DNA from: Eledone cirrhosa | Taxonomy: Eukaryota | DNA length: 64,000 nt | Reading direction: 5' to 3' | Assembly (NCBI GenBank): GCA_964016885.1 | Contig: CAXHJY010000715.1 | Coordinates: forward strand, 1-64,000 | Made by a program: the position numbers and the translations under genes | The notes under the pieces: model-generated | What the model saw: only the letters and a program-made list of their open reading frames with translations | The model's database searches: none | Told to the model about the DNA's origin: nothing | Part shown: piece after piece, positions 26,711-40,963 of the stretch | How the letters are laid out: each line of letters opens with the position of its first letter | Position numbering within the stretch: the first letter of the stretch is position 1

Positions 26711-26712
<2 letters not shown>
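25987..26712 (-). mobile_element. R4/Dong-like family A, 5'-truncated
   Basis: CCHC knuckle region plus RLE (ORF 26066-26578); (TATG)n on both sides. Confidence 0.9.
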
Positions 26713-26741
<29 letters not shown>

Positions 26742-26806
26742 TGTATGTATGTATGTATGTATGTATGTATGTATGTATGTATGTATGTATGGATGGATGG
26801 ATGGAT

Positions 26807-27941
26807 GTTCTTCTGGTTTTATAATTTCACAATTTTTTACCAATAGAGAGAGAGAGTCGGTTTCTAACATAGACACAAGACTCTCTCATCGGAATTTACA
26901 CAACATCAACTAGGTAGATATGTATGTATATGTAGAAATGGATGTTAGTGTATGTGTGGATGTGTATGTTTTGAGTTGTATGTGTGCATGTGTATATGCT
27001 TTGTACCTGTACATGTGTATATGTAGTTATTAGATGCAACATTTTTGGAATGTCATACATATTTTTACTGTTCCATTAATGGATTGTACTTGTAGCTTCC
27101 TAACTAGTTGTGTTCTTTCTGTTCCTGTGAAGCCTAGCTTCTCAAGATTTGTATTGAGGCAGTTACTAACATACCCCAGTGCCCCAATAATCACAGGCAT
27201 AAATCTGAAGCTGTAATCAGGGTGGAGTATCTGTAGATTTCTCATCAGTTCTGCATAAATATTCTCCTTTTCACTAATCTTTGATATTATATTGGCATCC
27301 ACTGGGCAGCTAATTTCCACTACTGTGCATGCTTTCTTTTCCCTGTCCCATATCATAATATCTGGTCTGTTATGCCTGCATTTTATTGGGGTTTTTACTG
27401 GAACATTCCACCAGTACTCTTTCATATTATGTATATATGAATATCTTCCACATTGCTGTAGCTTTTAATGTGTTTATTATCGGGCTATCTTTTCTACGGA
27501 TTGCATTGTACATTGTACAGTGTTTTGGCCACTACATCATGCCTCATAGGTAGATAGTACCGCGATGACATCTTTGGACAGCTGCTGATGGCATGGGTGA
27601 CATCTTCGATGTTAATTCTGCAGAGTCTGCACTTGTTATCACATCTAGGTGTTTTGCCTGCATCCCTATCTCTTTTGTGAATCAGGTATTTCGTGTTAAT
27701 TTCCTGTTCTTGGATTGCAAAAGCGTATCCTTCAAAGTGGGAGCCAATATAACGGTTGTTGGTCCAAGATAGACTACTTTCCTTATCTATATTACTCTCA
27801 CTTTGGAGCATCCTAGCAATATATCCATGCATGATTTTTTGCTGATAAGCGTGCAGTTTTTCATCCATAGATTCACTGCGGTACTGCTGGGCAATTTCCC
27901 TGGGTGTGAGTTTTTGATTATCATATAGAGAGTATCTTTGT
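26807..27941 (-). mobile_element. R4/Dong-like family B, 5'-truncated
   Basis: AIQEQEINTK...CRLCRINIEDVTHAISSC...RHDVVA and NRPDIMIWD...VEISCP; 3' UTR distinct from family A; TATG/TGGA repeats flank. Confidence 0.9.
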
Positions 27942-27960
27942 ATGTATGTATGTATGTATG

Positions 27961-28081
27961 CAATACGCCCTTCGATATACGGAACATCAATGTCAGCTAT
28001 TTTGCATGGAAAACATAAATTCTTAGATTCACACACGTCGATACAGACTCTACTGTTGATATTTAACTCCCTCTCCAATTA
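27961..28081 (-). mobile_element. ~120-bp non-coding module in (ACAT)n; second copy at 34841-34956
   Basis: Reverse-complement match gatgtgtgtgaatctaagaatttatgttttccatgca...gctgacattgatgtt; the two copies have matching ends. Confidence 0.7.
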
Positions 28082-28159
28082 TGTATGTATGTATATATAC
28101 AAGTATGTATGTATGTATGTATGTATGCAGGTATGTATTTTTATATGTATATATGTATG

Positions 28160-31100
28160 TTATCTCTTTCTCTTAATTTCGAGTATATTTTTTGACCGGC
28201 CACCTTCCTGGTGGCAAGGTTGTAAAAGAAAAGAAATTGTCATCCCTTGAATCGCAAGAATGTTTTGCAAATTTTGAAGGTGCCACCTATCGCAGCTATT
28301 TGTAGACTATGAATTAGGGAGCTGTGCTCTTTGTCCGCAAATCCAAGTTCAGTCATACTTTGGTCCAAGCGGGTTGGTATATAAGCCGTAGCTCTAATAA
28401 TGATGTGTATAAAGCTAAAGGTGTATCTTGGATACTGGATTTGTAAACTCCTCATCAATGGTCCGTAGATGTCCTCCTTCTCCTGTATTTTTCTGACAAC
28501 GTTTCCATCAATTGGGCAGCTGATCTCCACAATAGAACACGTTTCAATGTGTGGTCCGAAACAACAATATCAGGCCGGTTGTGCTTTAATATGGTGGCAG
28601 TTTTTATTTTCAGGTTCCGCCAGTATTCCTTAGTGCCATCTGTCTCAATATATTCTTCCTCGTTTGTTGTTAATTTTGTTTCCCGAAGGGCGTTCCAGGT
28701 GGTTCTAGCTATCCCATCGTGCCTCATGGGGAGGTAGTAGCGAGATGACATTCTTTCGCAGCTGGCAACAATGTGGCTTACATCTTCGATCTTTGTTTTA
28801 CATAGCCTACATTTATTGTCAGTTGATGGCCCTCCTCTTTTGTGCAGCAGATATTTCGTAGGGAGTTCTTGTTCCTGTATTGCATAGAGATATCCCTCAA
28901 GGTGTGATGTCATAAACTTGTCGGAACTCTATGCTAGGCTTTTTGAGTGGTTTATCCACTCTATGGTCTGTGTTTTATGTCTCAAGTATCCATGCACAAC
29001 TTTTTCTGTAAATTGGTCAATTTTCTTATCTTGTTTGAACATTGAATAGGATCTTCCGATTTCTCTGGGTGAGAGATTTATATCAGGCTTTATTCCATAT
29101 CTCTCCTGCAGATCAGTCGCTATTCTAATGATATTTCTTTTTTCATGCTCATAAACCTGGGCAAGATGGTTGCCAACCTTTTTCCTCTGTTGAAGGTGTT
29201 GCTTCAGTGTTACTATCCGGGTCTCATATGTTGTTAATATTGATTTTAGACCCCGGCCACCTTCCTGCGTGAGAAGTATAGCCTATCCACATCACCATTG
29301 ATGTTAAAGTTGCCAGTAACACTGAGAAGTTTTCGAGTTCTAACATCCATGTCACTTAGTTCTTGCAATGACCAGTTCAGTAGGCCAAATGTTGGCGTTA
29401 GAATTGGCACAGCATAAGTATTGTGGGCAATGTATTTGTTGTATGCTGACAGTTCTGATGACCATATTTTCTTTACTCTTCTGAGGTATTCAGTTCTGGT
29501 TCTCTCCTTATTTATGGGTCCATCATATCTGACATTCTCATCCTGTCCAAGATATCTGTAGTTGTCACATGACTGCAGAGGTTGTATTGTCAGGCCGTTC
29601 ATCTCTAGATTTCTAGAGGAGGGCACAGCTCTTCCACGTTTTACTGCCAAATATGCACACTTGGACTCACCAAATTTCATTTTGATGTCGGTTGAAAATT
29701 GTGTAATGAGGTCCAATTGTTTCTTGATGTTATTGATATTTGGCCCATACAACTTCAGGTCATCAACAAAGAAAAGATGGGAGATACTTCTGGGCCCACT
29801 TCTTTGTCCACCTTGTTTCCTGAGTAGGTAAGATAGTGGATTCAGTGAGAGAACGAAGAGTAGCGCTGACAAGCTATCACTCTGAAAGATGCCCTTCTGG
29901 TAATGTATCTTATCAGTCTTAACCTGCTCCTTCTCACCTCTAAGGATCAAATTGGTGTATCAGTTCTTGGTCAGGCGTTCAACAGCAGCTACCAATGGTT
30001 GTGGGACTTTAGCTAACTGTAAAGCCTTAATAATCCACCCATGAGGTACACTATCAAATGCTTTTTGATAGTCCAGCCACACGACAGTCATGTTTCTGCG
30101 ATTCTTTGTTGTTTTTTCCTGAATCATTTTGTTAGTTAGTAGGTGATCTATGCAACCCCACACCTCCCTCTTTCCACCAGCTTGCTCAGGTGTTATGATG
30201 TTGTTGGTAGCACAGTGATCCTGTAAGAACAGGTTAAGGCACCCAGTATATAATTTATACATGATGTTTTGGCAGGCAATTGGGCGGTAATTTTTAGCAA
30301 GGGTGGTTTGGCTATTTTGGGGAATGAGGAGAGTAGTGGCAGTTGATAACCATCTGGGCAGTTCTTGTGTGCCCTTAATGGTTTCTATAAACAGCCGTAT
30401 GAGATCTTGCCGATAGAAAGTGAAATTCTTCAAGCAGTATCCTGTAATGAGGTCTGGGCCTGGTGATTTCCTATTCGACATTTTCTGTAGAGCTGTTTCC
30501 AGTATTGACCCATCTATGTCATATTGTTTTGTCTGGACATGTTGGCAGTAGTCCTGTTCCAGTTCTTTTAGCCAATTAGCTTGTCTGTTGAATCTGTCAT
30601 CCGTTTCCCATACAGATCTCCAGTAGCTCTCAACCTGTTCTTTTGAAGGGGTGTCGTTTACAGGGATTGAGCTTTTGCCACCGAAGCTGCGATAAACTGA
30701 TTTAGGATCTCTGGCAAACAATCTATTTAGCACTTGTCGTTTATGTGCTGTTGACTTATATTTTAGTCTTTCTGTTGTAGCTGTGAGTTGTTGTTTCAAC
30801 TGGTGTAATTTGGAGTTTAAAGTTTTAAATTTTGTATCTCCAAATCGTCTCTCTAACTTTTTCTTTAGGTCTTCCTGGTGTCGTGTGAAGTTGCTCTCTA
30901 TGTTGCATTTCATAACGACTGCGATGTGTGAGATACTTCGTCTCAGGGACAAAATTTTGGTTTTTAAATTTCGCATCCACGCTGGTTCAGGCTTTCTGTT
31001 TGTATCTTGATTGCGTGGTTTTAGATGTGTGTTATATGATAGCAATGTGACAGCTGAAACATATAACAAAACATTAAGCGTTTCAAATGTCGTTTCTACA

Positions 31101-32382
31101 CCTTTAGATCGTATAGCCTTCAGATAATTGCCAGCTATTTCGTTCACCGCTTCCAATTCCAATTTAGTGGGTTCTTTACTGACTCTAGTGTTGTATGGTC
31201 TGTCACTCACATTAAGGCTGTGTATCTCTTGAAACATATCGTTCCATATCACTTGTAGGGTGCCCACAAGTTTTTGGTGCTCTGTTTGTACAGTAGAGTC
31301 ATGAATTTCAGCCTCGTTGTTGATGTGGTGACAATTACTACTAGAGTCAGCTGACCTTTCTTGCTGTTCTTCAGTGGAAGTGGGATGGATTTCAGCAAAA
31401 TTGTTGGTGAGCTGTTCACTGTTAGATTTAGCTGGCCATTCTCTTTGTCTGTCAGTGGAGGTGGGGTGGTTGTCTACAAGGGCTGTATTTGTAGTATCAC
31501 TCAATTCCGTTAGATGTATCAATTTACATCTAATGATACGTTTTGCCTGTTCATTTAAATGCTTTGGAGAAAAGTCTAATTCTGGGTGTTTGGAGTTCCA
31601 TAAAGTTTTTAGCCTTTGCATAAAACCGAACTTTTCGGGTTCAGATTGTTTGTATGCTTCATATAATACTTTGTTAAGCTCGTAGCTCCACTGTGTACAA
31701 CGGTTGTAGTTGCGATTTGGTCGAAGGAGACTTGTACTTTTTGCCATGATGAGTTCGTCTATTCACTAATATTTCGTATTTATTTTTCAAAATAGTCGAT
31801 GATCTTCTTTAAAAGTTACGACAAAGTTCTGTCAGAATCAAATTTAAAGTTATTCACAGCTTGGGTAATATTTCTTTTCGGTTAGTTTTTAATTCTACAA
31901 CTGTGTTTTAAACGTTGTTCTTGAATCGTTTGAATAGAGAACAAAAAGAACCGTTACTTAGTATATTCCTTTATGAATGTAATATAATATAACAACGCGG
32001 TATTTATATGTTAAAGTTTATGTATCATTCATACAAATAGGTGTTCTACAACCTATTCACAACATATTCACAGTTCAAACACTTATATTTTTGTTTCTGA
32101 ATCGAAAACGTTACTTGTATATTTCTTTATAAATGTAATATAACAACGTTGCATTTATATGTTAAAGTGTATGTATTGTTCATATATCATAAGTGTATGT
32201 ATCGTTCATATAAATAGGTGTTTTACAACACACTTACAGTTCAAACACTTATGTAGAATTATTGTATGTAATCTTACCGCGTAATGTAGCTCAACATTTT
32301 CCAATATATGGTATGTTGCCTTCATGTAAGCCGTAATTACACACGTCCGATTATCGGACACTGACCACAACGGTCGCCATTT
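28160..32382 (-). mobile_element. Full-length (~4.2 kb) R4/Dong-clade non-LTR retrotransposon, family A
   Basis: ~630-bp 5' UTR; single ORF with Myb-like N-terminus (QWSYELN..LYEAY..GFMQRLKTLW), RT (WLDYQKAFDSVPH, GIFQSDSLS, FFVDDLK), CCHC and RLE; (TATG)n on both sides; no poly(A). Confidence 0.93.
28240..31747 (-). pseudogene. RT-RLE polyprotein of the R4/Dong-like element, broken by about four frameshifts
   Basis: Consecutive ORF pieces 29960-31747, 29246-29950, 28455-28913 and 28240-28530 in collinear domain order. Confidence 0.9.
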
Positions 32383-32839
32383 ATGTATGTATGTATGTAT
32401 GTATGTATGTATGTATGTATGTATGTATGTATGTATGTATGTATGTATGCATGTATGTGTGTGTGCGTATGCCGCTATGTCATAATTTAATCCAGTCACT
32501 GGCAAAGTGAGGTGACTATGTTGTTTTAGTCAAGACAGGTTGTTTTAATAGGAGAGATGAGAGCTAGAGAGTGGATATATGTAAGTGTATGCTACCACAT
32601 TTGTATTTGAATGTGTATGTGATCAATATCTTGTGTATGGGTGTGTATATCCCATATCATCGTATGTCTATTTTAATTCGGAGAAATTTAAATGAAGAAT
32701 ATTTGGATGTCCTGCAAATCTTCACTATAGAACTAGACGGTCGGATTAGAAGGTAGAGTGTCAGTGTGCTTTGCACGCTCTCGAAAAGAACATGTCTACA
32801 AATCTGTTGCAGTGTATATACAGATAGATCTATTTGTAA

Positions 32840-32895
<56 letters not shown>

Positions 32896-32960
32896 ATGTG
32901 CGTGTGTGTGTATGCATATATATGTGTGTATATGTGTGTGAGTCTGTGTGTATGCATACA

Positions 32961-33046
<86 letters not shown>

Positions 33047-33102
33047 GAGATTAACGGAGAGACATAATTACATTTATACACAAACACACCTATACATACA
33101 TA

Positions 33103-33143
<41 letters not shown>

Positions 33144-33905
33144 AGAGAGAGAGAGAGAGAGAGAGAGACACATAAATTCTACTATTTCTCTCTCTCTCCA
33201 GGGCTCCCTAAATTCTCATAATATCTCATTTGTACATAATTGAATATATCAATATTCCGTTTTTAACTTGTTTTCGTAACCTAGGGCCATAACTCGCAAA
33301 TGGCGTCGTAGCGGGACTGAAGCATGTTTAAATATGCTTATATACACCAAATTTAATTTAATATAATAATATTTACGCTGTGTGATTCATAACCACATAA
33401 TTCGCAAGTACATTTTTTTTCAAACCTTTCGGCTAGTATGTCGATTGAGCAACATGATGACTGCAGTTGAAAATAACAAAAGCGAAATTGTCTTGGGACA
33501 GGTTTAGAAACAACCCAGCCAAGGGGGAGATAACTGTCGTTGAACTAATGTTTTTCTTTTATTATTTTCCGCCTGAGAAACTGTAGGTGGTGGTGGTGGT
33601 GATGATGGTGATGGTGGTAGTGGTGATTTTGGTGGTGGTTTTGGTGGTGGTGGTGGTGGTGGTGATGGTGGTAGTGGTGTTTTTGGTGGTGGTGGTTTTA
33701 GTGGGGGTTTTGGTGGTGGTGGTGGTTATAGTGGTGATGGTGGTGGTGGTGGTGTTGATGGTGTGGTGGTGGTAGTGGTGGTGTGGTGAGGTGGGGGAAT
33801 ATATTCAAACATGCTTAAATATATCGTAATTTCATTTAAATGAATCATCCCCACAACCGCTGGGGTATCTATTAAATCTTTGTTTACATATACACACTTA
33901 TGTAA

Positions 33906-33942
<37 letters not shown>

Positions 33943-34088
33943 AATATATATATATATGTACACACACATATATATATATGCACACGCACCTACTGGCTTA
34001 CACACGGAGTTATACACACACACGTGTGCACATGCATATATTCTTACACACAGAGTACAAATACTCATTCACACAACATACATACGTA

Positions 34089-34682
34089 CATGATGGCTGC
34101 TCCCACGTTATCGATTATGGCCATTGCACTATAAAAAAAATAGCAATAATAATAAAAATAAAAAATACACACACACACACACAAACATACATATATATAT
34201 TAATAATTAACGGTGTTGCGATCGAATGTGGTTTTTAGCCCAGCCAATGATCTAAAATGTCTTGCACAGAGTCGGCAACCAAAACATTCACTGGGAATAG
34301 TCGGCTGTGGTTGGAGTTCGTGTACTTTTGCATGTCGTTTTGAGCCCTCCTGCTGATTTACATTCTCTACCACATGCTTGGCAGAAATGATGAGTAGCAT
34401 CTCCAACAGCAGCCTGGCAGTCAACCACTGGTTTCACTTTATGACTGCGAAGATGGCATTTGAGTCCAGCTTTGCTGAGGCAGAGTCTCGCACAGACGCT
34501 GCATGTCAGCGCCATAGGAGGACCTTTGCTGCCTGGAAATGCAACAGCAATGCCCTTCCTGACACCCTTTTTACTTTCTCATATGCGATTCGAGATGCTT
34601 CAAAAGCAACTTTCCCCTCATGTAAAATCTTTCTCTATTAACTACGATCAGCAACTACGCTTTCCCATTGTATCAGCAGAGA
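34089..34682 (-). mobile_element. Zinc-finger RTE LINE, short degenerate 3' copy
   Basis: Homologous to ~24090-24850; CATA repeats at both junctions. Confidence 0.9.
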
Positions 34683-34717
34683 ACATACATACATATATAC
34701 TTACATACATACATACA

Positions 34718-34825
<108 letters not shown>

Positions 34826-34840
34826 TACACCCACATACAT

Positions 34841-34956
34841 AAATGGACAGGGAGTTGAATACAGTGGAGGCTGTATCGATGTGTGTGAATCTAAGAATTT
34901 ATGTTTTCCATGCAAGAATAGCTGACATTGATGTTACGTATATCGAAAGACGTATT
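34841..34956 (+). mobile_element. Second copy of the ~120-bp (ACAT)n-associated module
   Basis: Begins catacat-AAATGG; homologous to 27961-28081. Confidence 0.7.
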
Positions 34957-35171
34957 ATATATATAGATATACATATGGGGAGGGGGTGTCTGTTCGTATT
35001 GATGTACAGTGTCGCTATACTAGACGAGGAAAATTTGGTTATATTTATGGACACATCCATATTATCGATTATATTAAAGGTGATTTCCTTCCTATTTCTA
35101 GTTCCCCCCTCTAGCGTAGAATGGGTTAGTCGGCAGTTTTCTGTTGTGATCTATTCTATTTCATATTCTCA

Positions 35172-35208
35172 CCGTCTGAAGATCGTAGTGGCGTGAAACT
35201 CGAGTGAC
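35172..35208 (+). ncRNA. Degenerate minimal Penelope-type hammerhead
   Basis: gt-CTGAAGA-tcgtagtggcgt-GAAA-ctcgag(palindrome)-TG-ac. The cleavage-site base is G, so it is probably inactive. Confidence 0.5.
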
Positions 35209-35296
35209 AAGAAAGTAAATTAAGTTTATGTGTATATATAGAGATACATATACATAATCTTATATATATATATATATATATAGATATATATGCATA

Positions 35297-35380
<84 letters not shown>

Positions 35381-35409
35381 GGTATATCTATTAACTATTA
35401 ATATATATG

Positions 35410-35440
<31 letters not shown>

Positions 35441-35498
35441 ATATGTGTATGTATATATATACGGAGAGAGGGACATATATAGATATATAGATACATGC

Positions 35499-35555
<57 letters not shown>

Positions 35556-35903
35556 GCACACACACATATACTTATCGACATACAATACACACACGTATTT
35601 CAATATTTTCCCCAAGCTGTGAAACGTTGCCACGTAATAATGGATGCATATTAAAAAAAAAACAGAAAACTGTTGGAGCTTATCTTTCTTGAGAATTCCG
35701 GTGTAAACGTTAATGAAATTTTTCAATCCATTGAAAAATTTAACTGCCTTACTTCTCTTTGTTTCACACCAAACACAAGATTCTTCTCCATAGAATTGTT
35801 ATCTGCTGCCAAAAAGCCTTTTCACCATGTTTTTTCAAAATATTTTTTTCGATTTAATTTTAATTTTTTTTTTTTTGAGGTAGATTGTTTTTGCATTTTT
35901 GTG

Positions 35904-35966
<63 letters not shown>

Positions 35967-36039
35967 TCTCGCTCGCTCTCTCTCTCTATCTCTAACTTTC
36001 TCTCTCACTTGACATCCATTTGGGTCTTCTGTTTGTAGA

Positions 36040-36571
36040 TTGTTGTTGTTATTGTTTTGGCTGTTGTTGTTGTTTTGGCTGTCGTTGTTGTTGTTGCTGT
36101 TGTTGTTGTTGTTGTTTTGGCTGTTGTTGTTTTTGTTGTTGCTGTTGTTGTTGTTGTTGTTGTTTTGGCTGTTGTTGTTTTTGTTGTTGCTGTTGTTGTT
36201 GTTGTTGCTGTTGCTGTTGTTTTTACTGTTGTTGTTGCTGTTGTTTTTGTTGTTGCTGTTGCTGTTATCATCAGTGTCATCATCATCATCATCATCACGA
36301 TTATCATCATCACGACCAGCACTATAATTATCATCATCATCCCCAGCAACACCATTGTGGCCACAGCCAACATTATCATCGTCATCAACATCAGCATCGT
36401 TGTGGCCATTGCTTTCGTCATTGTCATCCTCCTCCTCACCACCACCACCATCTTCATCACCATCTTCATCATCACCATCATCATCACCATCATCATCACC
36501 ATCATCATCATCACCACCACCACCATCATCCTCCTCACCACCACCACCATCCTCATCATCACCATCACCAT

Positions 36572-36603
<32 letters not shown>

Positions 36604-37182
36604 TCACCATCATCATCACCATCATCATCACCATCATCATCATCACCATCATTATCACCATCATCACCACCACCACCATCCTCATCATCACCATCACCAT
36701 CATCATCATCATCATCACCATCATCATCACCATCATCATCATCACCATCATTATCACCATCATCACCACCACCACCATCCTCATCATCACCATCACCATC
36801 ATCATCATCATCATCACCATCATCATCACCATCATCATCACCATCAACACCATCATCATCACCATCATCATCATCATCATCACCATCATCACCATCATTA
36901 TCACCATCATCATCATCACCATCATCACCACCATCATCATCATCATCACCATCATCACCACCATCATCATCATCATCACCATCATCACCACCATCATCAC
37001 CATCATCACCACCATCACCACCATCATCACCATCATCATCATCATCACCACCATCATCACCATCATCATCACAATCGCCCTCGTCAGCTTTATCATCCTC
37101 ACCATCACCACCGTCATCGTAGCTCCCATCATCATCATCATCATTATTGTAAATGTTATTATTATCATTATTGTTATTATTG
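36040..37182. repeat. Compound trinucleotide tract, (GTT)n then (CAT/CAC)n
   Basis: Direct reading; source of the poly-H/M/I/S/C ORFs. Confidence 0.95.
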
Positions 37183-37442
37183 TAAAGTACCAGTAATGTA
37201 CTGGGTAATTGCTGGCCTTGTGCCTAAAGTAGAAACAATTATTGCTATTATTGAACTGGCAGTATCGGTAGAGGGTCGGACGCCATGCTTTCCAGCATAG
37301 TTACGTCCCTTTACGATCTGAGTTCAAATCCCGCTGAGGATAACTTTGCCTTTCATCCTTACGGGGTCGATAAAATAAAGTACCAGTAATGCACTGGGGT
37401 AATTTGCTGGCCTTGTGCCAAAAGTAGAAACAATTACTATTA
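37183..37442 (+). mobile_element. Octopus-type tRNA-derived SINE preceded by a duplicate of its own tail
   Basis: ctgagttcaaatcccgctgaggataactttgcctttcatccttacggggtcgataaaataaagtaccag...tgctggccttgtgcc; the tail segment also occurs at 37183-37250. Confidence 0.85.
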
Positions 37443-37637
37443 AAAGAAAGCATTATTTATTATTATCTTTAAATTATTTTTCAATTAACTTTTCATTTGT
37501 TATCGTTGTTGTTGTTGTTGGTTGTGGCGCTGCTACTGTTGTTGTTGTTGTTGTTGTTGTTGGTATCTTTTTGTATTGAGGATGTGTTACCAAACTTTGA
37601 GCGAAGACTTTCAAATAAATTATAGAAATATTTAGTA

Positions 37638-37698
<61 letters not shown>

Positions 37699-37816
37699 TG
37701 TATGTATGTATGTTTACATATATACATATATATACATACATATATATATACACACATATATGTATATATATACATATATCTATATATATACATATATATA
37801 CATATATATATTCATA

Positions 37817-37847
<31 letters not shown>

Positions 37848-37983
37848 GTGTGTATGTATACATACATACGTATATATCTATACATACATATATATACACA
37901 TACACACACACTCACACATATATATATATATATACATATATATATACATTTATATATATATACATATACACATTATATATATG

Positions 37984-38100
<117 letters not shown>

Positions 38101-38329
38101 GTTTAGTAATAAACTACAGCGAAAGAAAATAATAACATCAAAATATCTAACTACATTGTTAACCCTTTATGTCGTTAGCTCTCGTTCCTTCAGTTTTTTA
38201 TCTCCCCTTTAATTCAATTTTCATTTTGTATTCTTATGTATAACAATAATGTTGATGCCGCTGTTACTGCTAATGATAATGATGATGATGATGATGATGA
38301 TGATGATGTGGTTTTCTTTCATCTATTAG

Positions 38330-38458
<129 letters not shown>

Positions 38459-38768
38459 TATATATATATATATGTCTATATATATATATATGCGTATATA
38501 TTTATGCGTATATATATATATATATATATGCGTATATATATATGTGGGTGTGTGTGTGTATATATATGTGTGTGTGTATCAAAGAAAGTCAACGAGATAT
38601 ATAGGACAAATGAACGAACCACCCATTTCCTCTTCAGCCACCCACTAGATAAGACAAGTTTGTGCATATGGTTATTATTCGATATTAATGAGCCTAGATT
38701 GCTCGCCAGCTTAGAACAAACCACCGGAAAGATGTATATAAGACAACACAATAACATAGCGAAGGAGA

Positions 38769-38840
<72 letters not shown>

Positions 38841-38906
38841 GTCCCAAGGCTCTGATACCATCATCAACACTATACACACAGAGCTGGCATATCTAAGAAC
38901 TGACTA

Positions 38907-38962
38907 ACTGCCTGATGAGGTCATGGCCATTCAATGGCTATCATCGAAATATATATAGCAGT
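38907..38962 (+). ncRNA. Type I hammerhead ribozyme, intact core, in pLTR-like remnant 38835-39008
   Basis: actgc-CTGATGA-ggtcatggccattcaatggctatcatc-GAAA-tatata-TA-gcagt, then AATAAA; (TA)n on both sides. Confidence 0.85.
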
Positions 38963-39003
38963 AAATAAAGGATTATGAGTTCATGCAATTGACTTATGTT
39001 TCG

Positions 39004-39073
<70 letters not shown>

Positions 39074-39094
39074 TATATACATATACATACATAC

Positions 39095-39171
<77 letters not shown>

Positions 39172-39276
39172 GACGCACACACACATCTACACATCTACTG
39201 ATGCTTCGGAAAACACAGAGTAATGTATATGCCAGTTTGCTGTTGGATTTATATAATCTATCTAGGGCAGGTAAAA

Positions 39277-39710
39277 TTACCGAGATCCATGGACGAGTTC
39301 TCTCCAGCGGTCTCTGTCCCTCATTATCGCTGCCATGTCCTGCGTCTCCAACAGACCAGTGTCTGTCGTTAGGGCATTAACATACGTTAACCTTGGTCTT
39401 TCTCTTCCAGTGTGTCCATGTAGGGGCTCCCATAGGAGCACTGAGTGCAATGTCAACTCTGGATGTCGGTGAGCATGTCCAGCTAACCTCAGTCTCCTCT
39501 GTCTCACTTTTGAGCTGACTTTTGGGAGCCACCCGCACAGCTCTGAGTTTTTCATCCTCAGTGTATACTGATTGATGTTCAGAGCCATCCTCACAATTCT
39601 CGTGTAGCACCCATCCACCATCTGAGTGAGTTTCTTGGTCAGTGTCCAAGTTTCAGACCCGTACAGCAGCACAGACTCCACTACACCAATGAAGAAGCGG
39701 ATTTTCAGGT
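39277..39710 (-). mobile_element. RTE-clade LINE 3' fragment (another family)
   Basis: ESVLLYGSETWTLT...RRLRLAGHAHRH...LLWEP...DRDRWR. Confidence 0.85.
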
Positions 39711-39791
39711 CTTATAGTATATTTACCTCTATGTTTACATATTGAGAGTTCGTTCCTTAGTGATTACAAACCCACATTTAAGCAACGATAA

Positions 39792-39833
<42 letters not shown>

Positions 39834-40439
39834 GTGTGTGTGTGTGCGATGTGTGTGTGTATACATATACGCACACTCACAAATATCACATATAAATGTG
39901 TATGTCAAATATATATTAACATTTGGAGTCATTTCTCATTTATACTTTGTTTCATGGATTTAAACGCATCTAAATCTTTCTGATGCGCTGGTTTCTCTGG
40001 GTTATACCGACATTAGATTAGTAGCAGGAAATAATCCTGGCATTTGCAGAACACCAATAAAAATACCCAAGTCATGCCATAATACAATAAACCAGTAACA
40101 AAATAAGAAAACAACGAATTAAACATTGAAACAGCGTTCGCGATAACAAATATCATCCACCAAACCACAAAACTGTTCATAGCTCATCCACAAAAAGACT
40201 CATGTATGTACAATTAGCTAATAACAAAAGATACAGTGTTTTACACATTAAAGCAACGTCCATTAGATATATATATAAGCTGTGAATAACATAATGTAAT
40301 AAGGCTTCGTTGCATTCCATGGTTAAATAATTTAAATAGGATTTTGTCTCATTGTTAGTCCTTATCATATTCCCCACTTCCTACACAATACAAAACGTAC
40401 GACACATCAACCAACACAGAAACTCCAAACAAATACTTG

Positions 40440-40485
<46 letters not shown>

Positions 40486-40497
40486 ATGTATGTGTGT

Positions 40498-40543
<46 letters not shown>

Positions 40544-40903
40544 CTATATGTATATATATATATACATATATGCAGATATATATCCATTGATATATGTATA
40601 TGTGGGTATATATGTATATATATATATATATATTTAATACATTAACAGATGGACCAACTCCATCTCACTCAACAAACATTAGGATATACCTAAGTATAAT
40701 CCCAATTTAGTGTTTGGGGTGCTAACTATACAGTATTCCGTGGATAGTTGGTTATTATATATATATATATATGTGTGTGTGTAAATTTCTTCATTTTGCT
40801 TTGTTTTCGTTCGTTGTCTTCTCTTTGTTAGTTTTCCTAAGTTTATTATCTATCTCTATATATATATGTATGTGTGTGTGTATGTGTATGTGTGTATGTG
40901 TAT

Positions 40904-40963
<60 letters not shown>

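Noticed and set aside
38600-38645. Stem-II-less hammerhead (CTGAAGAG GAAA on the minus strand), plus weak candidates at 5743-5785 and 21045-21120
   Set aside because: Stems pair poorly or cores are incomplete; not distinguishable from chance by eye.
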